From assembly GCA_951406725.2 (NCBI GenBank), contig OX597837.1, forward strand, positions 37,882,001 to 37,946,000: a stretch of 64,000 bases of DNA, given 5' to 3'. Of the stretch, positions 13,185 to 37,361 are shown one piece after another. A program made the translations under genes and the position numbers. Origin of the DNA: Octopus vulgaris (taxonomy: Eukaryota). Positions within the stretch are counted from its first letter, which is position 1. The number at the start of each line of letters is the position of its first letter. Below the pieces are notes generated by a model. It was not told the DNA's origin. It did not search any database and was given only the letters and a program-made list of their open reading frames with translations.

Positions 13185-13611
13185 TTTCTACTCTAGGTAC
13201 AAGGCCCGATATTTTTGGGGAGGGGGCCAGTCGATTAGATCGACCCCGGTACGCAACTGGTACTTGATTTATCGACCTCGGTACGCAACTGGTACTTAAT
13301 TTATCGACCTCGAAAGAACGAAGGGCAAAGTCGACCTCGGTGGAATTTGAACTTAGACCGTAAAGAAAGACGAAATACCTATTTCTTTACTACCACACAA
13401 GGGGCTAAACACAGAGAGGACAAACAAGGACAGCCAAACGGATTAAGTCGATTATATCGACCCCAGTGAGTAACTGGTACTTATTTAATCGACCCCGAAA
13501 GGATGAAAGGCAAAGTCGACCTCGGCGGAATTTGAACTCAGACCGTAAAGACAGACGAAATACCGCTAAACTTTTCGCCCGGCGTGCTAACCATTGTGCC
13601 AGCTCGCCGCC
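13185..13611 (-). mobile_element. SINE-B dimer
   Basis: Head plus second headless unit. Confidence 0.9.
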
Positions 13612-13629
13612 TAGGGCAATAATAAGTAA

Positions 13630-14490
13630 GTGGAAGTACGACTATACATTACGTGTGTTTATTTGGCAAGGAAAAAATATGACCGTCCTGAAATATAACA
13701 AAGTCTGTTTCAACTCACGATTTTACACCAGGAATCTTGCGAAACGAATTCATACACGTAAAAATTAAAATTATAATTATCGCACGTAATCTATATTTTC
13801 TGATATTAGCTATGATGGCACAACTATATTTTCAAAATTAGCCATCATGTGATGGGTAACACTTTAGTGTATGTATAATACCTTTTTGATGACTAAACAG
13901 AAGAGGGGGATGCACGTGGGATAGAAGGGTCGCTGAAGAGGTCACAGGTGTCAGACGAAAGATTTCCAGACAATGGACATGAGATAAAATGAGAATAATA
14001 ATATATATTTCTTTACTACCCACAAGGGGCTAAACACAGAGGGGACAAACAAGGACAGACAAAGCGATTAAGTTGATTCCATCGACCCCAGTGCGTAACT
14101 GGTACTTAATTTATCGACACCGAAAGGATGAAAGGCAAAGTCGACCTCGGCGGAATTTGAACTCAGAATGTAACGGCAGACGAAATACGGCTTCGCATTT
14201 CGCCCGGCGTGCCAACGTTTCTGCCAGTGAAACTACGACTATACAGTGCGTGTGTTTATTTGGCAAGGAAAAAATATGACCGTCCCGAAATATAACAAAA
14301 TGTGTTTCAACACACGATTTCACATCAATAATCTTGCAAGACAAATTCATACACGTCACAATTTAAATTATAACCATTGTATGTAATCTGTATTTGCTGA
14401 GATTAGCCATGATGGTACAAGTATGCTTCTAGACTTATCCATCACACGAAAAGTACAAATTTAGTATGTGTATAATACCATTTTGGTAAA
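13630..14490. repeat. Diverged local duplication (13630-13890 vs 14230-14490), each copy preceded by SINE-B (second at 14005-14227)
   Basis: cgtgtgtttatttggcaaggaaaaaatatgaccgtcc occurs twice; weaker relative at 9200-9300. Confidence 0.8.
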
Positions 14491-14619
14491 AATCAAATTA
14501 TAACTTGTGTAGGAATGCCATATTTCTTGATATTACGCAAGGCGATGGAAATATATTTCCATAATAATCAATCATCTGACAGGCCACACTTTAATCTACA
14601 GACATACCTACTTACATAC

Positions 14620-14816
14620 TCTTACTCTTTTACTCTTTTACTTGTTTCAGTCATTTGACTGCGGCCATGCTGGAGCACCACCTTTTTAGTCGAGCAAATC
14701 GACCCCGGGACTTATTCTTTTGTAAGCCCAGTACTTATTCTATCGGTCTCTTTTTGCCTAACCGCTTAGTGACGGGGACGTAAACACACCAGCATCGGTT
14801 GTCAAGCAATGCTAGG

Positions 14817-14863
<47 letters not shown>

Positions 14864-14866
14864 ACA

Positions 14867-14918
<52 letters not shown>

Positions 14919-14973
14919 CATATATATATATACATATATATATATATACATATATATATACATATATATATAT

Positions 14974-15004
<31 letters not shown>

Positions 15005-15190
15005 TACATATATATATACATATATACGACAGGCTTCTTTCAGTTTCCGTCTATCAAATCCACTCAGAAGGCATTGGTCGGCCCGGGGCTATAGTAGAAG
15101 GCACTTGCCCAAGATGCCACACAGTGGGACTGAATCCGCAACCATGTGGTTGGTTAGCAAGCTACTTACCACACAGCCACTCCTCCGCCT
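14620..15190 (-). mobile_element. SINE-A, full length, expanded internal (TA)n(TG)n
   Basis: Reverse complement of the 35798-36209 copy. Confidence 0.92.
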
Positions 15191-15202
15191 ATATGTGCAT
15201 AT

Positions 15203-15849
<647 letters not shown>

Positions 15850-15928
15850 TTACATACATATATACATTTCTATGTGTGTATATGTCTCACTCTCTCTCAT
15901 ATGCACAGATACATACATACATGCAATG

Positions 15929-15975
<47 letters not shown>

Positions 15976-16087
15976 ATGTATATATAGATATATATGTATA
16001 CATATATATATGTATATAAATACATACATACATGCATACACACACATTCATACATACACAAGCATGTATATTTGTCCACTCTCTCTC

Positions 16088-16142
<55 letters not shown>

Positions 16143-16263
16143 TATATATATCTACATATATATATCTACAAAAATAGATATATGTATGTATATGTATGTA
16201 TGTATGTATATATATGTATGTATTAAACGTGTGTGTCTGTATATATATATGTATGTATATATA

Positions 16264-16344
<81 letters not shown>

Positions 16345-16486
16345 TATGTATGTTTATATATGTATGTATGAATGTATGTATAAGATGCCTGTATGTGTTA
16401 CAATGTTTGTCGGCGGATGCTGGGATGCTGGTAGACATTACCGCCCTTTACAACCAACACCAGATGTCTGTTTCAGCGCCAGAAGT

Positions 16487-16505
16487 ATGGCACCAGGGGG
16501 CAGCC
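16487..16505 (+). promoter_or_regulatory. Candidate CTCF site
   Basis: tggCACCAGGGGGCAGC is close to the CCASYAGRKGGCRS consensus; lies in a unique GC-richer island. Confidence 0.45.
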
Positions 16506-16726
16506 ATAGTCATTGGGTTAAATCAGGCAGCAACACCATGAAAAGGAAGAAAGAGGGCGGGAAAAATAAGGGTGTGACCGAGGCAACAGAACAATGTGCA
16601 GATTGTGGGGTAGCTGCGGTCGGCAGAGCGGCAGAATGGCGGACTGGCAGAACCGATGGGCAGATGGATCGGTGCAGTGTTACTTCGGAGATTGGGTGGG
16701 GTGGGGGATATGTGTGTATGTATGTA

Positions 16727-16759
<33 letters not shown>

Positions 16760-17048
16760 ATATGTGTGTGTGTATGTATGTATGTATGTATGTATATATG
16801 TGTGTGTGTATGTATGTATGTATGTATGTATATATGTGTGTGTGTATGTATGTATGTATGTATGTATGTGTGTGTGTATGTATGTATGTATGTATGTATG
16901 TGTGTATGTATGTGTGTATGTATGTATGTATGTATGTGTGTATGTGTGTATGTATGTATGTATGTATGTATGCATATGTGTGTATGTATGTTTGTATGTG
17001 TATGTACGTATTTATCTCTATGTATGCATCTATGTATGTATGTATGTG

Positions 17049-17080
<32 letters not shown>

Positions 17081-18501
17081 TGTATGTATGTATGTGTGTG
17101 TGTGTAAGTATGTATGTTTGTGTATGTATGTGTGTATGTGCGTGTGTATAAATGTATATATTTATGTATATATATATATATTTATGTTTATGTATGTATG
17201 TATATATGTATGTATGGTTGTGTATATATGTAAATATGTATGCAGATAGAAATATGCGCGCGAGCGTATATATATATGTGTGTATGCGTATTTATATATG
17301 TATATATATATATATATATGTAAAGAGAGAGAGAGAGAGAGAAAGAAAGAGAGAGGGACAGAGGGATACATTTATATATATATTGTATATACGTATGTAT
17401 ACATGTATTTATGTATGTACAAATATATGTTTATATATGTATATACACTCCATATATAATGTACGTAGGTATATATGTATGCATGCATATATATATAGAC
17501 ATGTATGTAATATATATATGTGAAATACGGATATATATACATATATATATGTGTTTCTGTGTGTGTGTGTGTGCATGTGTTTGTATGTGTATGCGCGTGC
17601 GTATACACACCCAGTATATACAGGGTGTAAATATTCCTGTATATACAGCTAGGGTCACGTAAATCCAGTATTGTATCGTCCGGCAACTCGCGTGGTCCGG
17701 TGCTCCCTCAGTTGTCAGTTTTTGTCTGTACATCAGACGAAACAACTGAATCCTTGTTTGCAAATCTTATTATTGGAATTGTTCCTTGTTTCAAACTCCC
17801 TTCTAGCTTTGGTAAGGCATCAGTTTGTATGTGGATTGACTTGGTAAGAATGTGTTTTCATGAAGGTTCGTCTTAGGAGTCTCTACTTAGTTGGCATTTT
17901 CCCACCTTTGCAAATGTTTCGACATTGCCATATTTAAGCGGTTCACACACACACACAAACACACACACACACAAACACACACATACATGTATATACATGA
18001 ATAAACTCATATACTCACACACATAATTGATAAAATATTACGGGGCAGTGAAAAGACAAATAAACGAATCGTACAAGTTACTGAAAAAAAAGGAGTAGAA
18101 ATATAAAGCGAGAAAACAACACTCGCAGAAGTGAACAAGGGAGCCTTGTACGCCAAAAGGAAAAAAAGAATCGGCAGCTAAACGTTTCTTGGGACACCTT
18201 ATAGAGGTGATGGACAAGAACTAAGAGATGCAAGAGAAAGACGGAAAATATACGATACCGAATTTACACAGCAAGTCTACAGCAGAGGACAGCCAGACAC
18301 ACACATGCACTTGCATGCATACACAAGCACACCATACACAAGCACACCATACACAAGCACACATGTATGTACTCACATTCACACGTTTGTATGTTTTTAT
18401 CTCTTTATATAATAATTCTCTAAGGTTTTTCTGTGGCTTTGCAAAGGCAGTCTACTGCATATAGGGGCAAGTTTGAAGACATTCATGTATTTCGCTTAAA
18501 G

Positions 18502-18565
18502 TGACTGAAGAAAAGAGTTGCCTGTGTAAAAACTTCTTACGCAACTATCTGAAACGTGCGTATTG
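18502..18565 (+). ncRNA. Degenerate type I hammerhead motif
   Basis: CTGAAGA, stem II agttgc/gcaact, GAAA-cgtgcg-TA; weak stem I. Confidence 0.5.
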
Positions 18566-18688
18566 AATGGATTGGAAATATCAATAATGAGTTTTTGTTA
18601 CACATACACACATATGTATATGTACGCGTATATTGTATGATATGTATATGTATGCCTGTATATACATACATACGGACATATGTATATA

Positions 18689-18809
18689 TCACCGTGATCA
18701 CCGTGATCGACCATGCTATCAGATGTTGCTACACATCGCTAGTCACAATGCGCTTCGCGTTGTTTTAGCCTTCAGATGACGCCACCCCGCTGGCTAAGCG
18801 AGCAGGCCA

Positions 18810-18810
<1 letters not shown>
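18689..18810. mobile_element. Family G structured repeat (inverse of 7963-8073)
   Basis: Reverse-complement near identity. Confidence 0.7.
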
Positions 18811-18845
<35 letters not shown>

Positions 18846-18848
<3 letters not shown>

Positions 18849-19160
18849 TGTGAAGTATATTTGCCATCTAAATATGGCTAACCACTAAGGGTGGATGTTA
18901 CTGTAGCTTGTAGCCCCAGGAGAACGTCTTCTCCAGCTGGGTATTGACACACTTTCTGTGCCCTATCGGTATTTGCAAAGGGAGGTCATCCTTCCCTAGT
19001 CAACCTAAGTGATACGCACGGATTGCAGTTTCTGGGTATTGACCCGTCATCAGCGCACGACAATCACCGGTTTTCGATGGAAGGGTCCCAATGCAAATAC
19101 ATATATCCTTTTCCCAGTGACTTTTCGTCACTGATCTTGAAAAAGTGTCAACAAACAATA
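18846..19160 (-). mobile_element. pLTR-like element: hammerhead (19016-19058) followed by four-hairpin module, in (TA)n
   Basis: Minus strand gtgcg-CTGATGA-c gggt caat accc a-GAAA-ctgcaa-TC-cgtgc; enclosed by gtatttgca/tgcaaatac. Confidence 0.7.
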
Positions 19161-19207
19161 TATAAACGTATAGGTGTGTATACATACAGGTATGTATACA
19201 TTCACGT

Positions 19208-19238
<31 letters not shown>

Positions 19239-19382
19239 CGTGTATGTATACACACCTATACGTTTATATATACATATATGTGTAAATATATGATGATGAT
19301 GATGATGATGATAATAATAAATATTATTATTAATAATAATAGCTTATACATACATACATTTATATATATATATGTATGTATT

Positions 19383-19462
<80 letters not shown>

Positions 19463-19579
19463 CATATATTCTATGTACCTATTTCCTACATACCGTCTTA
19501 CCTACCTACCTACCTACCTACCTACCATCTACGTGTGTATGCATGTATGTATGTATGTATCTATCTTTCTCTATAAATA

Positions 19580-19770
19580 TATAGCTGTGACGTAATCCAC
19601 ACACACCTGTGATGTATGCCACATGCACATGTGATGTAAGCCTCATACAGTTGTGACGTAATCTACACATTGTACTAATACGTCTATATATAGTGTGTGA
19701 CGTAATCTATAATTGTGCTACAATCTATATATAGTAGTGGGGCGCCTACATACAGTGACAAAATGACACA
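19580..19770. repeat. Degenerate approx. 21-bp minisatellite (tgtgacgtaatc..)
   Basis: Repeated tgtga(c/t)gta. Confidence 0.7.
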
Positions 19771-20159
19771 TATTAAAATATAATGTGTATATATATAACA
19801 ACGAATCTATGCATAGAGTGTATTGACTATAGACACACAAAATGTCGATGTACGTACACTCACAGGGGAAGTGGTTTCGTTTTTCTGTTCTAGTTTTATA
19901 GAAGAGATACATTTTAACATCGTTAAACAGCGCCAATTTGATAATGTGTGTCTCGGTTTAACTGAATATGTGTATGGGCAATGTCTATATAGATTGTCTG
20001 TGTAATTATGTGTCTGTTTAATGTGGAGAAGTCCGTAGAAGTGGGGGAAATAAATAGATATTTGTGCCTACTTAATTGTGAATTCGGTGTCTACATGTTA
20101 AACGCGCCATTGACGAACACTGTAAAGATATTAATGAAAGCCACATACGCTCGCGCGCA

Positions 20160-30660
<10,501 letters not shown>

Positions 30661-30673
30661 TGAACCGCTGAAC

Positions 30674-31417
30674 CAGGGGTTCTCAACCATTTTTTACCTA
30701 TGGACCCCTTCCATTACTATTTTATCAAGGTGGACCCGTTTAGTCATTCAAGGCTGCAAAAATAGTTTCATAGAAACCTTTTTCAGAATCCCTATTTCGT
30801 TTTCCCCACATTCCCTTCTGTAGGTTGAACTATGTAACACATTAGAAAAAGAAACCTCGCTGTTTCTTGAAATACATACCAATACATACATCTAAAACAG
30901 GGACTCTCAAACCACTTTTTTTATCTAATGACCCCTTTGTTCACTATCTTATTCTAGTGAACCCCTATAGCCAATCGATGTTTAAAAAATAGTTTTATAG
31001 ACATTTTTTTCAAAATCCCTACTTTGTTTTTCACACATTAACTTATATAGGTTGAACTGTGTAAACTATTAGCGAAAGAAACCTCGCTGTTTCTTGAAAT
31101 ACATACCAATACATACATCTAAAACTGGGACTCTCAAACCATTTTTTAAAAATCTATGGACCCCTTTGATCACTCTCTTATTCTAGTGCACCCCTATAGC
31201 CATTCGATGTTTAAAAAATAGTTTTATAGGGATTTTTTTCAAAATCCCTAGTTTGTTCTTCAAACATTAACTTATATAGGTTGAACTGTGTAAACCTATA
31301 TACATCTAAATCAAAGGATTTTTCAAGGGCCCTTAGAATACTATCGTGGATCCCCAATTTACTTTTTTGTTGCCTGGGCCCCAAAAGTCTTATATGGACC
31401 CTGTTTCAGAACCACTC
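30674..31417. mobile_element. hAT (Charlie-like) non-autonomous element with triplicated left end
   Basis: CAGGGGTTCTCAAC start, degenerate complement (..tcagaaccactc) at end; approx. 225-bp units start at 30674, 30898, 31125. Confidence 0.7.
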
Positions 31418-31750
31418 GCATAAGTGATAAAAGTGGCAACTGAAAAGGAAATGAGAAGAATACTGAGTTTAAAACGGATATTCATTCAGTCATATATATA
31501 GACGTATATACACAAAATCATATACACGCACGTCCTCACACATACATATATATATATAAATATACATATATGTGTATATATATATATGTGTGTCTATATG
31601 TGAGAGAGAAATAGAAAAAATACGCATGTGACAAGCGTAATAGAGTGGATATCATTTGAATACGATATTTTAAAATGGAAAATCGACTTGTAGCTAGCGA
31701 AGTTATACATGCATGCATCCATCTATCCATGCATCCATCCATCTATTCAT

Positions 31751-31899
<149 letters not shown>

Positions 31900-31979
31900 C
31901 ATACACATTCAAATATATATATCTATACGAATGGTATATATGGCTGATTTAGCGAACATGTACATACATACATACATGC

Positions 31980-32043
<64 letters not shown>

Positions 32044-32376
32044 GTGATATATATGGATGACTTAGCGAATACATACATACATAATCTCATACATGTATGT
32101 ATATTTATTACAAATGTATATGATCATATGCGTTAAATAAGTGTGTGTGTGTATCTGCACATTCACACGCACACATACACGTATCTGTGTCTCCTTTAGT
32201 AGGCCCTGTACTTGTAATGATTTGTGACAGCGCTCTGGTGACAAAGAATATATCATGGGCTTCTAAAATCTGGCAGAAGGTGACCCTAAGTTGAACTGAC
32301 GGCGACCGATTTCGCGACAGAGTACGCGTGAGATATATAAATAGAGAGACAGATAGATAAATAGATAGATAGATAG

Positions 32377-32434
<58 letters not shown>

Positions 32435-32774
32435 TGTGTGTGTGAGAAGGAGGGATGTGAGAGAGCATGGTATGGGTGGTGAGAGGATGTATCGATCCGT
32501 GCATTCCAATTGCTGTAGTTATTTGCTGTGAAAGAATGAAATGCATACGATGTCTGCGGCGGTATTTGAACTCACGGCACAGTGGACCGCAACAGATACC
32601 AAAACATTATGTCAAAAGTTCTAAGGAGTTTACTCTTTTATCCCACCTCTGTCTTTGCATGTATGTATGTATGCATGTATGCATGCACGCCTGCATGTAT
32701 GTATGTATGTATGTATGTATGTATGTATGTATGTATGTATGTATGTATGTATGTATGTATGTATGTATGAATGT

Positions 32775-33132
32775 ATGTATGTATCCTATTTTTATATTAT
32801 TATAAATCATCCACTGTGGAGGGAGCCGGTTTCCAACAAAGATACAAGGCTCCCTCTTTGGGTTGTAGTTAACACAAATTCACATTTGGAACTTGAGAAA
32901 AGTTTTGCATATTTTTACTGTTCCACTTACTGATTGGACTTGTAATATACGAATCAGCCGGTCGATTTCTCTTTCTGAAAATCCCAGTTTATCTAGATTC
33001 TCCTTTTAGCATTTACTAACAAAACCTAGTGTTCCAATTATTATTGGTATGAATATGAATTCATAGTCTGGATAGAGAAGCTGGAGGTTTCGAAGCTATT
33101 GTCCATAGGTATCCTCTTTTTCTTTGATTTTC
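32775..33132 (-). mobile_element. RLE LINE 3' end, (TACA)n-associated family
   Basis: LRNLQLLYPDYEFIFIPIIIG..; homologous to 5940-6308. Confidence 0.85.
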
Positions 33133-33149
33133 ATATATATATATATATA

Positions 33150-33312
33150 CACGCGTTTTTCTCTCTCCTTGTTTTTTGTCTGTGTCCTTTTCTGTCGAAG
33201 AGCGTAGGCTCGAAACGTTAAAGACTTTTTCTATTCCTGAGCGCTATACTAATACATTTGTTTGTTTGTACTCTACCTGCCTTCGTCTTTTGTTTATTTT
33301 TGTAAACTTTCC

Positions 33313-33316
<4 letters not shown>
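33150..33316 (+). mobile_element. Family E element with hammerhead-like motif (33188-33223)
   Basis: ttt-CTGTCGA-A-gagc gtag gctc-GAAA-cg-TT-aaag. Confidence 0.65.
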
Positions 33317-33343
<27 letters not shown>

Positions 33344-33346
<3 letters not shown>

Positions 33347-33488
33347 GGTGTTCAAAAATTCTCCGCAGTAAGTATTTTTATTGCAAAATAAAATATTTAT
33401 AAGATGGTGTAAGACTACAAAAGAATATATTAGACTTTACAAGATTTTAAAAAACTTTATAAGATGTGTTGAAAGTGTCGTCCTTTCA
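33344..33488 (-). mobile_element. Tc1/mariner right end
   Basis: TA-CAGGGTG terminus; minus strand encodes KGRHFQHIL*, a typical transposase C-terminus. Confidence 0.6.
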
Positions 33489-33830
33489 AAAAAGGTCTCA
33501 AGTATTTTAGCATCAGCTGGGAAGATTTAAGTGACTATGTTAATGGGAAGCACCAGAGGGATGAAGGAAGGGAAGGAGACCCAAGAATACATGGCGTGAT
33601 GCTTTCAAAGATCTTAAGCATATCAGCATCACCTGGGAAGATGTAATCGATTTCGTGAATGGGAAGCACCAGAGAGGTGAAGGAAGAGAGGGAAACCCAA
33701 AAAGACATGGCGCACCAATCTTCAACGAAGATCTGAAGCAACTTAGCATTATTTGGGAAGATGCAGATAACTATGAACAAAGCTGGGATTATTGGAGACG
33801 TCTGCCTGTCCAATGTATACGCCATCTTTA
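33489..33830 (+). mobile_element. RTE LINE C-terminal fragment with internal approx. 119-bp tandem duplication
   Basis: WEAP..GRPKNTWR..KDLKHISITWED repeated. Confidence 0.75.
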
Positions 33831-33894
33831 AGAGAGGAACTAAGATTAATTATAGCTGCTGTTGCTGCTGCTGTTGCTTGTTTGTTTGTTTGTT

Positions 33895-34258
33895 TGTTGA
33901 GCGAAGCGGTCTTCGTCCGTAGAGGGAGAAGTCCGAAACGTGGTCCTTTGCTATTCGTAAGACCCGCAGAAGAGAAAGCAGGTCAACCCCCGACACCGGC
34001 AGCATCGACAGATGGATGAATGCGCATCAGGGCTCAGCGGTTGCGTAGGAAGTCGGGGACAAGAAACAGGAAGAAAGAGTGAGAGAAAGTTGGAGCGAAA
34101 GAGTACAAAAGGGGTCGCCTCCCCCACCGCTGCCGGAGCCTCGTGGAGCCTTTAGGTGTTTTCGCTCAATAAACACACACAACGCCCGGTCTGGGAATCG
34201 AAACCGCGATCCTCCGACCGCGAGTCCGCTGCCCTAACCACTGGGCCATTGCGCCTCC
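33895..34258 (-). mobile_element. SINE-D, tRNA-derived, full length
   Basis: ggaggcgcaatggcccagtggttagg..ggtttcgattcc head; (CAAA)n tail. Confidence 0.85.
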
Positions 34259-34639
34259 ACTGCTGCTGCTGTTGTTGTTGTTGTTTAACCATAGGTAAAC
34301 TCTGAATGAGAATGAGTAGGTGTATGATCCAGGAGAGCATTCCAGTCGTGGCTATCATGTTAAGATATAAAGAACTGTTTAATCAGAATTCACGCCCCTG
34401 GTCTTTGTCATATTGGTGTGACAATATGATGTAAGTTGTTACGGGTACATAGCAGGAGGGGACGGGGTGTAGAAGGGCAAGAATAAAAGGGTAAAAAAGG
34501 GTGGCGGTGGAATGGGGTAGATGGTATTTTCCTACAGTCAGAATCGGTGGGAGTCGGCAACAGATTGACACGTTGGTAAAATATGGAAATTTTTCTATTT
34601 GCCGACACTATATATATATATATAGACATATACACAAAC

Positions 34640-34680
<41 letters not shown>

Positions 34681-34682
34681 CG

Positions 34683-35090
34683 TGGATGTGTGTTAAGTAG
34701 CTTGCTTACCAACCACATGGTTCCGGGTTCAGTCTCTCTGCGTGGCACCTTGGGCAAGTGTCTTCTACTATAGCCTCGAGCCGACCAAATACTTGTGAGT
34801 GGATTTGGTAGATGGAAACTGAAAAGAAGCCGTCGTATATATGTATATGTATATATGTATGTGTGTGTATATGTTTGTGTGTCTGTGTTTGTCCCCCCTC
34901 CCATCATCACTTGACAACCGATGCTGGTGTGTTTACGTCCCCCCGTAATTTAGCGGTTCGGCAAAAGCGCCCGATAGAATAAGTACTAGGCTTACAAAGA
35001 ATAAGTCCTGGGGGTCGATTTGCTCGACTACAGGCGGCGCTCCAGCATGGCCGCAGTCAAATGACTGAAACTAGTAAAAAAGTAAAGAGT
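34683..35090 (+). mobile_element. SINE-A
   Basis: Matches the reference copy. Confidence 0.92.
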
Positions 35091-35394
35091 ATACATACAT
35101 ACATATACATATATATATAAATAAATAAATATATATCTGTATATATATATATGTATGTATATACACATATATATATAATTATTACTATAACTAAAAGGAG
35201 AAAAAATATTGTGGATACTTATTTTATTTGTTTCACAATAGGAATATAGCAAATAGTTTAATACAAATAAAATTTAAATAAATTAAATTAAATTAAATTA
35301 AATTTAATGTAAAATTTTGAACCAACGATCATTCATTCATTATTGTAATAATTGCATGAGAAAGCGAAATGTTTTCATTTCTGTCAGTATACAA

Positions 35395-35459
35395 GCGGCC
35401 CTCAATAAACTTTTTGTGATTAAAGTGGCCCACATTGTAATTCGAGTTGGCCAGGCCTG
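35395..35459. mobile_element. Probable hAT terminus
   Basis: Ends gttggccaggcctg, with gcggccc/gtggccc subterminal motifs. Confidence 0.4.
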
Positions 35460-35797
35460 CTTTGAACCATTCCTGGTTTGATTAAAATAAAAGTACCGGT
35501 TGAGTACTGCGGGTGATGTAATCGACTTACCTACACCTGGTGAAGAATAAAAACAATCTGCATCTATCTGGCGAGTCAGTGTGACAGAGTAAGTTCATCA
35601 GACCAGTATGATCTCAAGTTCAAATTCATGGAGAGAACATGCTATGGCCTTCATCCTGGAGTGGATTGAAGCTGGGCAACCCAATTCAACCCATAAGAAT
35701 TTTATATACTTTCGATTGAGCGTGAAATGATTCTCTTTTAGAATAGTGGGTCTCGAATCACACATAAAGCTATACATAGACGCCAGAGTTATACATA

Positions 35798-36209
35798 GGC
35801 ACAGGGGTGGCTGTGTGGTAAGTAGCTTGTTTACCAACCACATGGTTCCGGGTTCAGTCCCACTGCGTGGCACCTTGGGCAAGTGTCTTCTACTATAGCC
35901 TCGGGCCGACCAAAGCCTTGTGAGTGGATTTGGTAGACGGAAACTGAAAGAAGCCCGTCGTATATATGTATATATATATATGCGTGTGTGTGTTTGTGTG
36001 TCTGTGTTTGTCCCCCTAGCATTGCTTGACAACCGATGCTGGTGTGTTTATGTCCCCGTTACTTAGCGGTTCGGCAAAAGAGACCGATAGAATAAGTACT
36101 GGGGTTACAAAAGAATAAGTCCCGGGGTCGAGTTGCTCAATTAAAGGCGGTGCTCCAGCATGGCCGCAGTCAAATGACTGAAACAAGTAAAAGAGAGAGA
36201 GTAAAGAGT
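35798..36209 (+). mobile_element. SINE-A full length (reference copy), CORE-like tRNA SINE
   Basis: A box tggctgtgtgg, B box ggttcagtccc, CORE-like accttgggcaagtg, internal (TA)(TG) tract, (AAAGAG) tail. Confidence 0.93.
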
Positions 36210-36949
36210 ATAGAAGTTTGAAAAAATGAGTTGGAAAACCCTTTTAGACTGAAAAATTTGAAGGCTGTCCGTGTCACACGAAATCACATCTCCAAAAATG
36301 AATCAAATAGATAAATAGAAGGACTGAACATGACCATCCAATCTGATTCAGAGCGTTCTGCGAATAGCTCTTATATTTGGCTCCGTGATACAAATGTAGC
36401 CAATGCCCTATTTTCTTGTACTACATTATTCTGCAGTTCCTGAAATATTTAGGTTTGTTTATGTAAGTTCTTTTTTTTATAAGGACCCACCACCAATGGA
36501 ACTCGCTCCCTCCATCGTGAAATCGGGAGCGGGTAAATATAAAGATTAACTTTTACGCTGCCCCTATCCATATAGTTACTTGTTTCGGGTTGTCATGGGC
36601 ATGTTTAGGGAAGTGAAATAGGTACTTCTTTGATGAGGTCAGAATAAGACCAAAATATGATCAAAATAGTCTCCAGAACCTACCCCCCCAAATAAAAGAA
36701 TTATATATTAGTTATTGTAATGTATGTATATATGTCATTTTTCAGTTTTATTTCAAGGTTTCTTGACAAGAGAGAAAGAACCGGTTTCTAACCTAGATCC
36801 AAGGCTCCTTCATTGGAATTTCAACATCAACAACGAGTTTTTTTTTGTATGTATGTATGTATGTATGTATGGATGTATGGATGGATGGATGAATGGATGG
36901 ATGGATGGATGGATATATGGATGTACATATATGTACACATCTATCGACC

Positions 36950-37165
36950 TACTCTTGCTACGAAAGAAGTATCCACAGAATCTCAGACTTCGTCCCTTTG
37001 GGGTGGAGGTTATTCTTAGAAGATTACCATAAAAAAATCTGGTTTGCTTTATAAAACTGCCATTTGATGTTAAGTGCTACTTTCAGAATTCTTGCGTATG
37101 TTCTTCCATCTAGTTTGCTTTCCGGTGCCTTCGTCAGAGACGATGTAGTGCAGCCGTATAGGGCA
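36950..37165 (-). mobile_element. RTE-type LINE fragment
   Basis: LYGCTTSSLTKAPESKLDG..ARILKVALNIKW..YGNL..LRFCG. Confidence 0.8.
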
Positions 37166-37361
37166 GGGAGTTAATCCTGGGGTGAGCTTGTGTCCTATCC
37201 AGGTGTGAGTTTTGTGCTGTTAGTTTTTCGAATCTTCGTAGAAATCCTGATAAACTTCGAACCCATGATCTTGTTACTTCGAAGAAGACTTAACATATCT
37301 AAGTCTACCCTGCATTAATTAAATTATTTTTAAAAATTAATTTAATAATTTAATAATCTTA

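Noticed and set aside
13928-13975. CTGAAGA..gtc/gac..GAAAgattTC hammerhead-like string
   Set aside because: Needs several corrections in stems I and III, is single copy here, and is not microsatellite-flanked.
17700-17750. Hairpin tcagttgt..gtctg/cagac..acaactga as a possible pre-miRNA
   Set aside because: Too short and bulged; no recognisable mature miRNA.
33910-33950. ccgtaga-g-gga gaag tcc-gaaa-cgt hammerhead-like string, and an HDV-like fold on the opposite strand, in the SINE-D tail
   Set aside because: No stem I for the hammerhead; P3 and P4 are inadequate for an HDV-like ribozyme.
34185-34258. tRNA-like sequences at SINE heads (also 10961, 35798, 37362)
   Set aside because: A and B boxes are present but they run into SINE bodies and lack a complete acceptor stem; not tRNA genes.
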